From a virus (taxonomy: Duplodnaviria > Heunggongvirae > Uroviricota > Caudoviricetes), in the IMG/VR virus record IMGVR_UViG_3300015186_000011, positions 1 through 26,051 of that record: a stretch of DNA of 26,051 nt; one strand, written 5' to 3'. Under the pieces are notes generated by a model, which saw only the letters and a list, made by a program, of their open reading frames with translations, was not told the DNA's origin and ran no database searches. The position numbers and the translations under genes were made by a program. How positions within the stretch are numbered: the stretch's first letter is position 1; each line of letters opens with the position of its first letter. This document shows, in pieces, positions 5,685 through 16,070 of the stretch.

Positions 5685-6248
5685 TTGAAAACCATATCTA
5701 TATTAAAGGTTGCATTAGGCGTCGCTATTATTTTGACTCTCTCAATATTGTTTTATTTTTACCACAAAAAAACTGCTATTGCTCTTGATGGTCACGCGGC
5801 AAACTCATTTTTCTCAGAGTACATAGTGCCGCTATCAGGAAGCGGTATAACAAATAAATATACTGACTATGACATCAAATATGGAATTGATGATGGGGAG
5901 ACTATTGTATTACATGTAATCATTAAAAACCTAATGACAGTAAATAAAAATACAGACTTCAACGATAAAAATACAATACATCACAACAACAGCAAAACAT
6001 TAATTTCTTATAGTAGCAACATCTATACGGATAAATACCTAAAATACATATCAGAAGATACAATAAAAGAAACCCGCGAAAAGTTAAAAAACATATATTG
6101 TGCATCCGGCAGTTTTCACAAATTATCGCCGCAAGAGCGTTTATTCTACGAAGCAAGAAAACAACGTAAGTCAATAATATTACATTATTATGCTGATTCA
6201 GGGGAGTCACTCATATTTAATATTGGGGTTTCCCCTGAATCATGCTAA
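5685..6248 (+). CDS. AT-rich N-terminally anchored membrane protein (187 aa from TTG 5685; 196 aa from ATG 5658); SieA-position moron
   Basis: AAGGAG at 5672-5677 lies 7 nt before TTG 5685, giving MKTISILKVALGVAIILTLSILFYFYHKK (a signal anchor). The ATG at 5658 and the TTG at 5637 have no RBS. The region is visibly low in GC compared with its flanks. I recognise no family. Confidence 0.6.
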   Translation: MKTISILKVALGVAIILTLSILFYFYHKKTAIALDGHAANSFFSEYIVPLSGSGITNKYTDYDIKYGIDDGETIVLHVIIKNLMTVNKNTDFNDKNTIHHNNSKTLISYSSNIYTDKYLKYISEDTIKETREKLKNIYCASGSFHKLSPQERLFYEARKQRKSIILHYYADSGESLIFNIGVSPESC

Positions 6249-6259
6249 AGGTGTTTAAC

Positions 6260-9200
6260 TCACCGCATCACCGGATCCACCTGGTTTATTAGTGGCGCAA
6301 TCCAGAACAGGTTATTGCCGGGTATCAGGGTTCGGACATTATGCACAATACGATCACCGGCATCACCATTCAACACTCCTGCGGTCACATCAATGATGCT
6401 ATCCGCAAGACCAAATGACGGTCCGAATAGAGATCCTACGAATCCACGACTGGCATACCTAGACTGTGTGCCAGTGCCAAATAAAGCCCCCAGCCCAACA
6501 GCACCACCAGTAGCCTTTTCAGCCATGTTGTTATATTCCATCAATGGCCCAAGAATACCGGATCTATCTATACCCTCAAGCACCAGCTTCTCTGGTGACC
6601 AGTCAACATTTTTCCCTTTCGATGCTTCTTTAAGCGCATAGACCAGTGAGCCAAGAGCAATCTGAAATGCAGTGCCATAATAAAATTGCGCAGTTCCTTC
6701 CTGTAACCCACCAAGTAGCGCACGGTTGTATGAAGCCGTTGTGAATGATTTAAACTGAAATATCGTTCGCCCCATTGGAGTACTCGCCCATAAAGGTGTG
6801 TCACCAATACCGGGGGTGATGATAGTGTTATTAACGTCTTTCAGAACCGCTGACTGGAATACTCCGGCAACGTACTGATCGTCCCATTTATCAAAGTTAC
6901 CAATGTGCCATCCATCAATTACCTCACCATGTTTCTCGAACTCACTGCGAATACGCGCAGCCATATTGTCGTTGATACCGAGTTTTGCCATGCGACGTGC
7001 AGAAAACGCACCAGACAAAATACCGTCTGACGTGAGCATTCCGTTCATGGATTTGTTTATGTCATTAAATCGATCCATGAGTGTCAGCTTGCCGAAGGCA
7101 TCAGTAATTCGCTCCATTCCTGCTTCGACTGCTGTTGTCCTGGAAGAACTGTCAACAAGATCACCAATTGCACGAGAACGTGAATGTAGTACAGTTTCCA
7201 ATCCAATCCCCATCTTCAACATCTCTTCTTTGCTGGCCTTAAATGCCGGTGATTGGGATATCTGAGAAGCATAGCCTTTCATGGTGTTACGGAAACCATT
7301 AACCATAACCCCTCTGGCCAGATCTGGAATAGCTGATACTGTCATTCCACCGAGTTTGGTCGTGAAGTTCACATCCCGCAGAAAAGCGCCAGCACGAACA
7401 AAAAACGAAGACGGGTCATCAGGCATACCATATGTACCAACAAGACGATCGCGTAATGCTGTTATGTCTCTGAGATCATTTGCTCTTGATTTTGAAAGTC
7501 TGGACTGTTCTTTCCGTAATTCCTTTTCGTACTTTCGCATTAATGAATCGAGTTTACCCTGAGGAACAACTTCACCATTGCTCTCATAACGTGCTTTCAG
7601 ATTTGCCACACTTTCGTCATATTTCGCCTTTATTTTTTCAGGCACTTCCCGTAACAGACTGTCATATTCGTCCTCAATTAATTGCAGACGCTCAGTCATA
7701 GTTCGTTTGCCAAATGTTCTCGTCAACTCAATTTCTGCTGCCGCTTCACGGATATGACGTTGCAGCACGTAATTCACATCACTTTCAAGATAATCCCTGA
7801 TAAGACTATCAGGAACATTTAATGTTCTTTCTTTCGTACTACCTGCGGCTTTTACAGAAAATACGCTGACAAAATCCTGTGGAACCTTAGCACCAGTAAT
7901 TTTATTAATTACGATATCCGCTGCAATTTCAGCATCCTCAGGATCCAGTGTTTTATTGCCTCTCGACCACCAGTCAACCAAAATACGTCGAAATTTATCG
8001 CGTTCACTGATTATTTTTCCAACTTTATATATACGTGGAAAATAGCTTGCCTGGCCTAATGCTTTCAGTTCTTCATCTGGCGGTAATAAACCAAGCTTTT
8101 GCATTTCAACCTTCACCCGATTTAATACAGTTCGCATCGCCTGCGCCGTTTCCTGAACAACAGGATTAGCATGCACATCACCGCTTCGCATAGCATTCCC
8201 AACCTGCTGACGAAATGAATCAAAACTCATGTCGCCACCATCAGCTTTATACTTTGCGTATGCCTGTTTATTTCCGACAACAACAGCAGCTTCTTCACGC
8301 TGCCATCCACGTGTACGGGTTTCTACAGCTACCGGTGTTTCAATCCCCCTTTCATTTCCTTTAAGGGTGAAATTATTTTCGGCTAACTCCAGCGTTGTTT
8401 TTCGCACTGTCTTGGACGGAGACTCCATTAACCTTGTCAAAGGAGTAAGATAGCTCCCTGCTTTCCATGCAGCCTTTCCAACCCACCCACCGGAAACAGG
8501 GGTTAAATCATCCAGAGTCGCTGTATCAATTTTCATAGCACCAACACTACCACCATCAGAAAGCGAAGCGGCAGCCCTGTCAGTCGCTGATGTAATGCTC
8601 ATATTATCAAGAGCATCAGCAACCTCACGCGTGGCTGCAGCCCGGACGGATGGCGAAAGCGCAACACCAGCACTGGCAAACACGCCGCTCATCATCGCAC
8701 CCGCTGCAACGTGAGCGGCACTTTCACCCCATGAGCGTGTTATTTGCTGATTATTCAGCACAACCTCGCTTAATGCTGTACCGGCAGCACCAATCGCAAT
8801 CTGTGAGCCAATACGCGCCAGTGCCCCTCCTTGAGCACCGGGGATAAACATTGACGCAACAGTAACCGGATCCATTCCCGCAGCAATACTGGCAAGAGTT
8901 CCAACTACGCCAGCATCAGACAATAAACGTCTGTCTTCATTTTCATCATCTATCTGCTGCTTAATCCACGCCGTTTCCTCTGGCGATCGGGAATCTGCAA
9001 ATTTCGCCCCCCAGTATTCATAACCGTGCAACTCATTTTTATCAGCATATGGGTTATAACCTTCGACCGGTTCAAACTGTCTGGCTGGTCGGAAAAAACC
9101 AGCCAGAATATTGTTCTGTCGCATTGCAGCCCCCCATACGGAAGGCTCCGGTGGCAATGGCTCAGGATTAGCCCCTTCCGGAAGGGCAACATCAAACCCA

Positions 9201-9274
9201 GTTTGTTCCGGCAAAACATTACCTGACGGGATCAGTCCGTTATTAAGATCTTCAGCTTGTGCATAAACTGGCAT
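6260..9274 (-). CDS. Large internal virion / DNA-ejection protein (1004 aa)
   Basis: It is the last big gene of the tail/ejection block. Its start overlaps the upstream stop (TAATG at 9276-9272). The N-terminal third has Gly/Ala-rich hydrophobic segments (VGTLASIAAGM..., IAIGAAGTALSEVV, AAHVAAGAMMSGVFASAGVAL) and a central coiled-coil region. Confidence 0.8.
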   Translation of the reverse strand: MPVYAQAEDLNNGLIPSGNVLPEQTGFDVALPEGANPEPLPPEPSVWGAAMRQNNILAGFFRPARQFEPVEGYNPYADKNELHGYEYWGAKFADSRSPEETAWIKQQIDDENEDRRLLSDAGVVGTLASIAAGMDPVTVASMFIPGAQGGALARIGSQIAIGAAGTALSEVVLNNQQITRSWGESAAHVAAGAMMSGVFASAGVALSPSVRAAATREVADALDNMSITSATDRAAASLSDGGSVGAMKIDTATLDDLTPVSGGWVGKAAWKAGSYLTPLTRLMESPSKTVRKTTLELAENNFTLKGNERGIETPVAVETRTRGWQREEAAVVVGNKQAYAKYKADGGDMSFDSFRQQVGNAMRSGDVHANPVVQETAQAMRTVLNRVKVEMQKLGLLPPDEELKALGQASYFPRIYKVGKIISERDKFRRILVDWWSRGNKTLDPEDAEIAADIVINKITGAKVPQDFVSVFSVKAAGSTKERTLNVPDSLIRDYLESDVNYVLQRHIREAAAEIELTRTFGKRTMTERLQLIEDEYDSLLREVPEKIKAKYDESVANLKARYESNGEVVPQGKLDSLMRKYEKELRKEQSRLSKSRANDLRDITALRDRLVGTYGMPDDPSSFFVRAGAFLRDVNFTTKLGGMTVSAIPDLARGVMVNGFRNTMKGYASQISQSPAFKASKEEMLKMGIGLETVLHSRSRAIGDLVDSSSRTTAVEAGMERITDAFGKLTLMDRFNDINKSMNGMLTSDGILSGAFSARRMAKLGINDNMAARIRSEFEKHGEVIDGWHIGNFDKWDDQYVAGVFQSAVLKDVNNTIITPGIGDTPLWASTPMGRTIFQFKSFTTASYNRALLGGLQEGTAQFYYGTAFQIALGSLVYALKEASKGKNVDWSPEKLVLEGIDRSGILGPLMEYNNMAEKATGGAVGLGALFGTGTQSRYASRGFVGSLFGPSFGLADSIIDVTAGVLNGDAGDRIVHNVRTLIPGNNLFWIAPLINQVDPVMR

Positions 9275-11991
9275 TATTTAGATCCCCACGAAAAGTAATC
9301 TTTAAATTTGTCCATACGTTCGTTATGCAGGCGCTGATACTGCTCATCCAGAGCGCGATGCTTGTCTTTGAAGTTTCGTATAGCCTGTCCACGCATAATT
9401 TCTTCCTGCTCGTACTGCTCCCATTCCTGCTGCATTTTCTTATAAGGTTCCCAATCTTCTAGTGATGGTTCCCAACGCATAGGACGCCCATGTTTGTTAT
9501 AAAACGGCTGGACCCGATCGATGCCATTTTCATCCTTAGTTCTTACCATAATGGCGTAATCACCATTACGAGGTGTTAACACGTCAGGGGTTATGAATAA
9601 TTCTCCATTAATACGACTCTCAGGGGTTTTTGTCTCAACTACAGGAGCATTACCTGACGTGATCCCAAGCAACGTCGGACTGGTTGTTATAATCTCTTTG
9701 CGCTCACCGTACATCAGCCGTTCTTTTTCAGCTTTCCACTGCGCCGCCTGCCAGCCTGACGGCCCATATTGATAAAGCGCCTCCGGTGCATATTTCATAA
9801 ACTGCGCTTCTCCGTTAACCTCGCTGATACTCCAGGTGCGGGCTATCTGCTGGTTGGTCATTTGCTTCGCTACGTCAGCGTTACCACCAGCAACGCGGTA
9901 GTTAATGTCATACAGCGTCTGATAGTCATTACGGAATCTAGCTGCTTCCGGCGTCTGGTCATCCGCAGACGGATCCCAACGGAACCACTGCGCCATATTG
10001 CTGACAGCAGAATTCATCGCCTTGCTGCGATCATTTTTGTACTCTTTTGAACTCTGCGTTGATGCCAATTGAGCTTTAAGAGCATCGGTCTGGTTGTACG
10101 TAAGGTTCTGCGCCTGCTCGATAGCCGCATCAGCAGACATGCCAGAATCAGTTAGTTGCTTAACAGTCAGATAAAAACCCTGCATATCCTTCGGCATATT
10201 TCCAATAGATGCATTGTCTGTTTCATATAACCGACTAAACAGTTCCGCCGCATTTTTAACCACTTCCTGATTGCTGGATCGGGATACTGCTGAAAGCTGC
10301 GTGATGACCTGCGAAGGCATTATGCCAGTCTGAGCCACAAGCCGAACAACCCCATCATGAGTGGAGGCATCATTAATACGAAAGTTCTGCGCCATTTCTG
10401 TGTAATCAGCAGCTTTCTGCATTGACTTGTTGCTTGGGTCTAATTTTTCACCTATTGTCAGCGCCTCATTGAATCTGCGTGAATCCCGTTGCGCCTGAAT
10501 TGCTTCATTTGATCTCTGAAGCAATGCAGACAATTTTCCGTAAGCATCGAGTTTTAACGCATAGTGAGGATCGTTAACCTCAGGCTTCACTTTCTGCATT
10601 TCTTCTTGCTGCTGAGAAGGAGGCAAATACTGAATTGCCTGGAATATTCTCGCGTTATCAATCGCTATATCCAGTTGATTGATTATTTTATCTGCGTTTT
10701 TTCCATACCCCCTGATGATGGTCTCCTGAGCCGGTATATAATCTGGAACCTCACCGTTATATAGCTGTGCCATGGTGTTATTAATAGCTGGCTCAAGCTG
10801 TTCTAATATTAACTTCCTTTGCTTTTCTATCTGACTATTAGCAAGGTTATCTATTTGATAAATAGTCAGCGGATCCATTCCAGTTTTATTTTTTCTATAT
10901 CGGGAAAGCCACCCTTGTGTTTCTGATGGAAGATTTCGGATAAATTCTTCTTCTGATATTTCACCTTTACGTGGATCACCGACTTTGGCGATCAGTTTAT
11001 CCACGTTACCCATCCCCCAGTTATATGCTGCTCCGGTCAATATTTCGGAACCGTACTTACCATACAGTTGATTTACATAGTCACTGGCGAGCATTTCATG
11101 CTGTTGTTCGTCCGTAGGGTTGTATTCAACGCCACGCTTGGCCGCCAGTTCTTTTCCTGTGCCCGGCATTAACTGGTATTTCCCCTGTGCTCTCTCTCCA
11201 GAAGATGTTATCGGTCCCTCAAGAAGACTACCATCAGGATTAAAATGTCGATCACCTGATTCAACAAGGCGTATGGCACGCATGTCCATGCCTCCAGAAT
11301 CATTTTTCTGAAACAGACCATTTAGCCATCCTTCTGGATTGGCAGCGGCATAATTCTTCGCCCGCATTTCTGTGGCACTGCGATCATCACTTTCTATTTC
11401 TTCCAGAATGCGTTCTTGTGACCATCCCCTGGCAGCTCCATATCTGGCAATGGCTACCATTCTGGAATTTCGGGCTAAGGTGGCAGTTTGCGGGTCATTC
11501 CAGGCATCCGCTTCATTTTGTATCCATAATTTTCTCGTTGCCTGATATTGCTCATCTTCATAGGCATTTGTCTGCCCTATCTCATGTCTGAGAACTCCAG
11601 TACTGAACTGAATTTTCTGTGTTCTGGCTTGTTGCAAAAACATATTTCTTGCTGCTTCATCAGTCAATGAAGCAGCTATTTCTTCCACATCCTGATCAAA
11701 TCCAGATATGTACTCTTGCCCCTTACCAATCGCATTTTTGCCTTGTTGTGCATAAAAACCGGTTTGAGGGTTATAAAGACGTTCATTGCTGCGCTGATTA
11801 AGCTGAAGGATGGCATCCTGAGACAATGCAACATTCGCTTTCTGCCTGGCTTCACCATATGCCACCGCATACTGATCTGCGACATTCGCCAGCACCTGAC
11901 CTGCTTGAGGAACATCGAAGGTCTGAAAACCACCGGTTTGCACACCACGACTTTGCACCTGACGTCCGGATATTGTTGGTACGACTGGCAT
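9274..11991 (-). CDS. Internal virion protein with an SLT lytic-transglycosylase domain (905 aa)
   Basis: True start is ATG 11991 (MPVVPTISGRQ) with GGAGG upstream and a TAATG overlap with the preceding gene; the track's start at 12066 is an artefactual extension. SLT motifs: LVESGDRHF, GKYQLMPGTG, TGAAYNWGMGNV (~nt 10730-11290). Confidence 0.9.
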   Translation of the reverse strand: MPVVPTISGRQVQSRGVQTGGFQTFDVPQAGQVLANVADQYAVAYGEARQKANVALSQDAILQLNQRSNERLYNPQTGFYAQQGKNAIGKGQEYISGFDQDVEEIAASLTDEAARNMFLQQARTQKIQFSTGVLRHEIGQTNAYEDEQYQATRKLWIQNEADAWNDPQTATLARNSRMVAIARYGAARGWSQERILEEIESDDRSATEMRAKNYAAANPEGWLNGLFQKNDSGGMDMRAIRLVESGDRHFNPDGSLLEGPITSSGERAQGKYQLMPGTGKELAAKRGVEYNPTDEQQHEMLASDYVNQLYGKYGSEILTGAAYNWGMGNVDKLIAKVGDPRKGEISEEEFIRNLPSETQGWLSRYRKNKTGMDPLTIYQIDNLANSQIEKQRKLILEQLEPAINNTMAQLYNGEVPDYIPAQETIIRGYGKNADKIINQLDIAIDNARIFQAIQYLPPSQQQEEMQKVKPEVNDPHYALKLDAYGKLSALLQRSNEAIQAQRDSRRFNEALTIGEKLDPSNKSMQKAADYTEMAQNFRINDASTHDGVVRLVAQTGIMPSQVITQLSAVSRSSNQEVVKNAAELFSRLYETDNASIGNMPKDMQGFYLTVKQLTDSGMSADAAIEQAQNLTYNQTDALKAQLASTQSSKEYKNDRSKAMNSAVSNMAQWFRWDPSADDQTPEAARFRNDYQTLYDINYRVAGGNADVAKQMTNQQIARTWSISEVNGEAQFMKYAPEALYQYGPSGWQAAQWKAEKERLMYGERKEIITTSPTLLGITSGNAPVVETKTPESRINGELFITPDVLTPRNGDYAIMVRTKDENGIDRVQPFYNKHGRPMRWEPSLEDWEPYKKMQQEWEQYEQEEIMRGQAIRNFKDKHRALDEQYQRLHNERMDKFKDYFSWGSK

Positions 11992-12536
11992 TATAATCCT
12001 CCGGGTAATCTGGTTCCTGCTGCTGCCCCGATTGGCGCAGGAGTGCTTTGAGTAAACGGACTCCACGTCCCACCAAACATCTGGTACGCACCGTATGCCT
12101 TCAGAGGCGCAGTGAGCAATGTTGTTGCTGCTCCCACATTCCCCTGTTTACGGGCTGAACTGGCTTCTGCTTTATAGTTGGCAGCCTGAACCTGATAACC
12201 GTAAGCCTCGCGTTGCGCGTTATTCACCGTCGTCAGCGAATCAAGAGCGCCAAACTGGGCAGTGTCGCCAAATATATCCAGCGCGTTACCGGTAGATAAA
12301 TCGGCGCCGGTCGCCCCCATTGTCGCCGCTTGAGTACCAAGCCGCTGTCGGGTCTCTCTGCGCCGTTGCTCAGCTTCAGCGTTACCTCTGTTTATTGCAT
12401 CATTTGCCTGAGCAGTGGCTATATCTGCGTTCGCTTCTGCAACCTTCGAGGCATACTTTCCCTGTTGGTACTGGGTGTATGCCTGAATGCCACTCATGGC
12501 GAGCATTGCGCCACCAGCAATAACCGGATCGCACAT
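11991..12536 (-). CDS. Small virion/ejection-module protein (181 aa), Ala/Gln-rich with a hydrophobic N-terminus
   Basis: Translationally coupled at both ends (TAATG at 12538-12534 and at 11993-11989). The composition is typical of podovirus internal core proteins. The specific family is not recognised. Confidence 0.7.
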   Translation of the reverse strand: MCDPVIAGGAMLAMSGIQAYTQYQQGKYASKVAEANADIATAQANDAINRGNAEAEQRRRETRQRLGTQAATMGATGADLSTGNALDIFGDTAQFGALDSLTTVNNAQREAYGYQVQAANYKAEASSARKQGNVGAATTLLTAPLKAYGAYQMFGGTWSPFTQSTPAPIGAAAGTRLPGGL

Positions 12537-13000
12537 TATTTTCTCTCCATGTGAAATCTGTGGAAATTAAGACCAAGAGCACCATAAGGCGCGGCTTCTT
12601 CAAGCCTGAATCCAAGCCAGTGCAGCCATGCTTTGGCAACATGGTTTCGCTCGTCGACGTAGTTTTCCAGGCGCGGATAAACTGCCAGCATCTGCTGCAA
12701 TACAGGTCGGCAGTGGCGAAGAAATGTCTTCTGATATTTTTCAATACGGCTGGTTCCTACCAGCCAGGGTGTACCATTGCCACCGATCATTGACGCCGGA
12801 GATACACCAAACATGGTTACCAGTTCTCCGTTCGCGAACCCTGACCAGGCCATAGTCGCAGTGCGAAGACCAACACGCAGCGCATCTTCGGTAGTCATCA
12901 GCGATACCGCATACAGTTCGTCAATATCAACCTGACGAACATCCGGCAAAATCATCTGAAGATGCTCTTCGGTGGCGGGAATAATTCGAACATCGATCAT
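12536..13000 (-). CDS. Conserved tail/virion-module protein of unknown function (154 aa)
   Basis: A complete ORF coupled to its neighbours (TGATG at 13002-12998). It lies between the nozzle and the internal proteins. Confidence 0.7.
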   Translation of the reverse strand: MIDVRIIPATEEHLQMILPDVRQVDIDELYAVSLMTTEDALRVGLRTATMAWSGFANGELVTMFGVSPASMIGGNGTPWLVGTSRIEKYQKTFLRHCRPVLQQMLAVYPRLENYVDERNHVAKAWLHWLGFRLEEAAPYGALGLNFHRFHMERK

Positions 13001-15465
13001 CAGAATCCCCCAACAGTAAGACGAGGAATAACGGCAAGAACAGACAGCGGCAACGGGTCAAGCTGACGGATTCTTACACGTCCGTTTTTGCCCCAGTTAC
13101 TGTCCAGTTTCACTTCTACTTTTCCGGTAGCGTCATCAACAGGATCATCGTAGAACTCGAATTCACGCTGTGGATATTCGTACCATTTACCGCCGGGCGT
13201 AGTCGCCCAGATGCCACGACTGGCATTCACAACCAGAGTAACGGACGGGATCACCTGTTTTTTGTCCAGCAGCGTTTCCTGTCCGTTAATGTTGATATCC
13301 AGTGTTTCGAATTCAGCAGTTATTGGCAGGCCGATGTGCACTACAGCCCCAGGTGATTCCAGCGTGACGGCACCTCCGGAAACCACTTTCTGTGGTTCCA
13401 CGTTCGCATCAGAGAGAATGTTTACGGTCTGGCCTTCAAGATGAGACAGGCCTCCAAATGTCCGGCGCGCCATCTGCCAGTTCGTGGTGGCCACATTCCT
13501 GAGGGATGGCGGGACGTTCCTGTTAGCACGAACCACTACAGCGGTATTGCTGGTTACAGAAATAATGTCGCAACGTAATTCTTTTGACACTTCAGTATCA
13601 GGATCAGTTCCGGTATAAGGGAACTGTAGTTGCGCGCCGACATCACTACTGGTGAAGTACGCACCACCAGAAACACTGATTGTATATTCCGCACGGTAAT
13701 CCCATTCACCAGAACCACCAGTGATGGTCATCGTTCTGTCAGACGTATTTCTTCCATCATAGCTAAGGCCAGAATCAACAAAGAAAGCATCTTCATCGCT
13801 GGTAAATAAACGGCTGGACAGTCGCTCTATGTATCTCACTGTTTGCCCGTTAACGGTTCGGTTAACGACGAAATACACCGCATCTTCATTGCCTTCGCTG
13901 ATACTGCATGTGCTTTCATATTTTCCGGTACTGGATTGTGGTGCCCATGCAAAAACCTGCTGATCACGCAAATAGGTCATCACCAGTAATTTACCGTCAT
14001 CACGAATGCAGAAGGCGCTGGAGTAAGGGACAATCGAGAAGCACCAGTCAACAATGCTGTGCTTCTGAAAAAGATGATTGGCAAGGATGGTCAGGTCGTT
14101 CCCCTGATAGCCGTCAACATCGAATGAGTAGGCCAGATCACGGACAACACTGCCTTTCTCCTGGACGAACAGAGCAATATTCGCCACGGCAATTGGTGGG
14201 ACATTGCTCGAGCCATTTGATCCCTGAGAGCTGAATGCAAATGATGATGGGGTAAGCACTTTGTTCTGGTCGCCAGTGATGACGTACTCACCTCCGGAAG
14301 TCAGCGCCACCAGCGAACCAACATCAATCAGGTGACGGATCTCATTAACCTGACGCCCGGCATAGGTGTAGATAATTCTGTCGTCATCCTGCGTAGGATT
14401 GCTTTTGCCAAAATCCTTATAATCCCCGGTACGGCTGGCCCAGATAGTCTGAGGGAACGCAGTCGATGCGGCGAAGTAAAGGCGTTGTTGATAATAAACA
14501 ACAGTGCCAGGATAACCGTTAATACTGTTCCAGGCATATTTAGCCCATTTATAGCTGGCATTATCCTCGCCAACTACCTGCGAAGGGATATAGGAAATCA
14601 CCTCGGCAGTTGCAGTAGTTCCATTTGCAGCAGAGATACGGGCAATGCCAAAACCACTGTGCAGATACTCCCACTCAATGCCGGTATCATCATCACCGGA
14701 TCCGCCCCAGCCATCCCATGATGTGCCTTCTGTATGCGAAGGGCGCAAAGTGCCTGTTTTGCCTGCTGTAACGGCGCGATAGTAGTTACTGTCTGCACGG
14801 CGAATATCGCCAATCGACGTACTCTTACTGGTTTCCCATACCGGCACAGAATCCACTGCAGGCTGTTCCAGATAGAACAATTTGCCTACCTGCTCCGCGC
14901 CAAAAATTGAGGCGCTTGCCGTTAACGTAATTGTCCCAGTGCTGGCGCTGGCATAAACCGTCACTGACTCGTCAATATTGATATCTTCAAATGGCCCGTT
15001 CTTCGTTACCACATCAACCAGTTGCCAGTTGTCATGCGCATAGCGGCGCAACTCTTTCGGCGGGTATGCCGGATGAACCAGCGTAAGCACGTCTGCGCTT
15101 TGCGTGAATTTAATTCGGAACAGATCGGCTTCAGTATATGGCGTGGCAATTTCATAAATAACATTGCTGCTGTTCAGCACCAACGCACCATCTTTGATAA
15201 CGCGCATGTACTGGTGTCCGAACTCCAGAGCATAAGTCTGAACCGTCGAGAACTGGAACGGGATCAGGCGGCATTTCCGATTTGGGTATTTGGCGGCACC
15301 GACAAAACGCGTACCAGGTCGATTCTCAACGCCGCCATACTGCCGCACGATAAAGTTATCGCACTTGCGCAATGCCACCTGGTACTTCGCCATGTCGATA
15401 CGACCGTACAACGACGGTCCAATCTCACCACCGGCAAAGCTGGGCTGGATCCAACTGATAGCCAT
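13000..15465 (-). CDS. Tail nozzle/hub protein (tail tubular protein B-like, 821 aa)
   Basis: The N-terminus MAISWIQPSFAGGEIGPSLYGRIDMAKYQVALRKCDNFIVRQYGGVENRPGTRF is the pattern I associate with podovirus nozzle proteins. The size (~90 kDa) and the position after the adaptor fit. Confidence 0.75.
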   Translation of the reverse strand: MAISWIQPSFAGGEIGPSLYGRIDMAKYQVALRKCDNFIVRQYGGVENRPGTRFVGAAKYPNRKCRLIPFQFSTVQTYALEFGHQYMRVIKDGALVLNSSNVIYEIATPYTEADLFRIKFTQSADVLTLVHPAYPPKELRRYAHDNWQLVDVVTKNGPFEDINIDESVTVYASASTGTITLTASASIFGAEQVGKLFYLEQPAVDSVPVWETSKSTSIGDIRRADSNYYRAVTAGKTGTLRPSHTEGTSWDGWGGSGDDDTGIEWEYLHSGFGIARISAANGTTATAEVISYIPSQVVGEDNASYKWAKYAWNSINGYPGTVVYYQQRLYFAASTAFPQTIWASRTGDYKDFGKSNPTQDDDRIIYTYAGRQVNEIRHLIDVGSLVALTSGGEYVITGDQNKVLTPSSFAFSSQGSNGSSNVPPIAVANIALFVQEKGSVVRDLAYSFDVDGYQGNDLTILANHLFQKHSIVDWCFSIVPYSSAFCIRDDGKLLVMTYLRDQQVFAWAPQSSTGKYESTCSISEGNEDAVYFVVNRTVNGQTVRYIERLSSRLFTSDEDAFFVDSGLSYDGRNTSDRTMTITGGSGEWDYRAEYTISVSGGAYFTSSDVGAQLQFPYTGTDPDTEVSKELRCDIISVTSNTAVVVRANRNVPPSLRNVATTNWQMARRTFGGLSHLEGQTVNILSDANVEPQKVVSGGAVTLESPGAVVHIGLPITAEFETLDININGQETLLDKKQVIPSVTLVVNASRGIWATTPGGKWYEYPQREFEFYDDPVDDATGKVEVKLDSNWGKNGRVRIRQLDPLPLSVLAVIPRLTVGGF

Positions 15466-16070
15466 CAGGACAACCTCGCAATGGTAAACTCGTCAACCGG
15501 TGGCTGTGGTTCCTGTGATTCATTCTGGCTATGCGAGCCAGCACTAAGAATCACGCGATTGTACATATTGAGGGCAAACGTACCGAGGTCTGCATTCCCA
15601 GTCAGCGCCATGTTAATAGCTGCCGCAAGACGCCAGGCCAACGCCTCCATAAAAATGGCATCAAACATGTTCACATCTGAAACGCGAGAGACATACTTGA
15701 GCCATGCCTGCGGCTGGTCTGTGTAGATCAACTTTCCTGTTCCGTCGGTGTCTGCACCAACTTCGTACTGAACGCGCATTGCTGCTGTTGGATTGCGAAC
15801 ACCGGGAAGCATGATTTCAGTGATGCGCAGGCAATCAGACGGGTACTGATACGCATACGCCCAGTCAGGCGGTGGATTGCTCGTATCTGCAAGCGCCACG
15901 CGTTTGGTAGCAAAGTTCCAGTCAAAATCAGAAAGCACAGCATCACGACAGGCATCGAAATGCAGGGAACACTCCCCCGCCTCTTTGCTGGCCTCAGTCA
16001 GGCTATTGATGCTGCGACTGTTGCCGATATTCGACAGCGCGCGGTTGCAGATCTCGACAACAGAAGCCAT
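15465..16070 (-). CDS. Tail adaptor (tail tubular protein A-like, 201 aa)
   Basis: ATG at 16070 in a TGATG overlap (the track's GTG at 16073 is less likely). MASVVEICNRALSNIGNSRSINSL...DFDWNFATKRVAL matches the usual N-terminal pattern of podovirus adaptors. Confidence 0.7.
   Translation of the reverse strand: MASVVEICNRALSNIGNSRSINSLTEASKEAGECSLHFDACRDAVLSDFDWNFATKRVALADTSNPPPDWAYAYQYPSDCLRITEIMLPGVRNPTAAMRVQYEVGADTDGTGKLIYTDQPQAWLKYVSRVSDVNMFDAIFMEALAWRLAAAINMALTGNADLGTFALNMYNRVILSAGSHSQNESQEPQPPVDEFTIARLS

Noticed and set aside
11992-12066. A 25-codon N-terminal extension of the 930-aa track ORF.
   Set aside because: The extension overlaps the upstream gene by 76 nt. An internal ATG at 11991 has a GGAGG RBS and the same TAATG coupling seen at other junctions.
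15022-15726. A long plus-strand ORF (234 aa). Similar ones occur at 19397-20134, 18265-18846, 22836-23583, 16259-16738, 6315-7562 and elsewhere.
   Set aside because: All lie antisense to, and fully inside, well-supported minus-strand structural genes. They have no RBS and their composition is Arg/Ser/Cys/His-rich and low-complexity. They are shadow ORFs typical of moderately GC-rich coding DNA.
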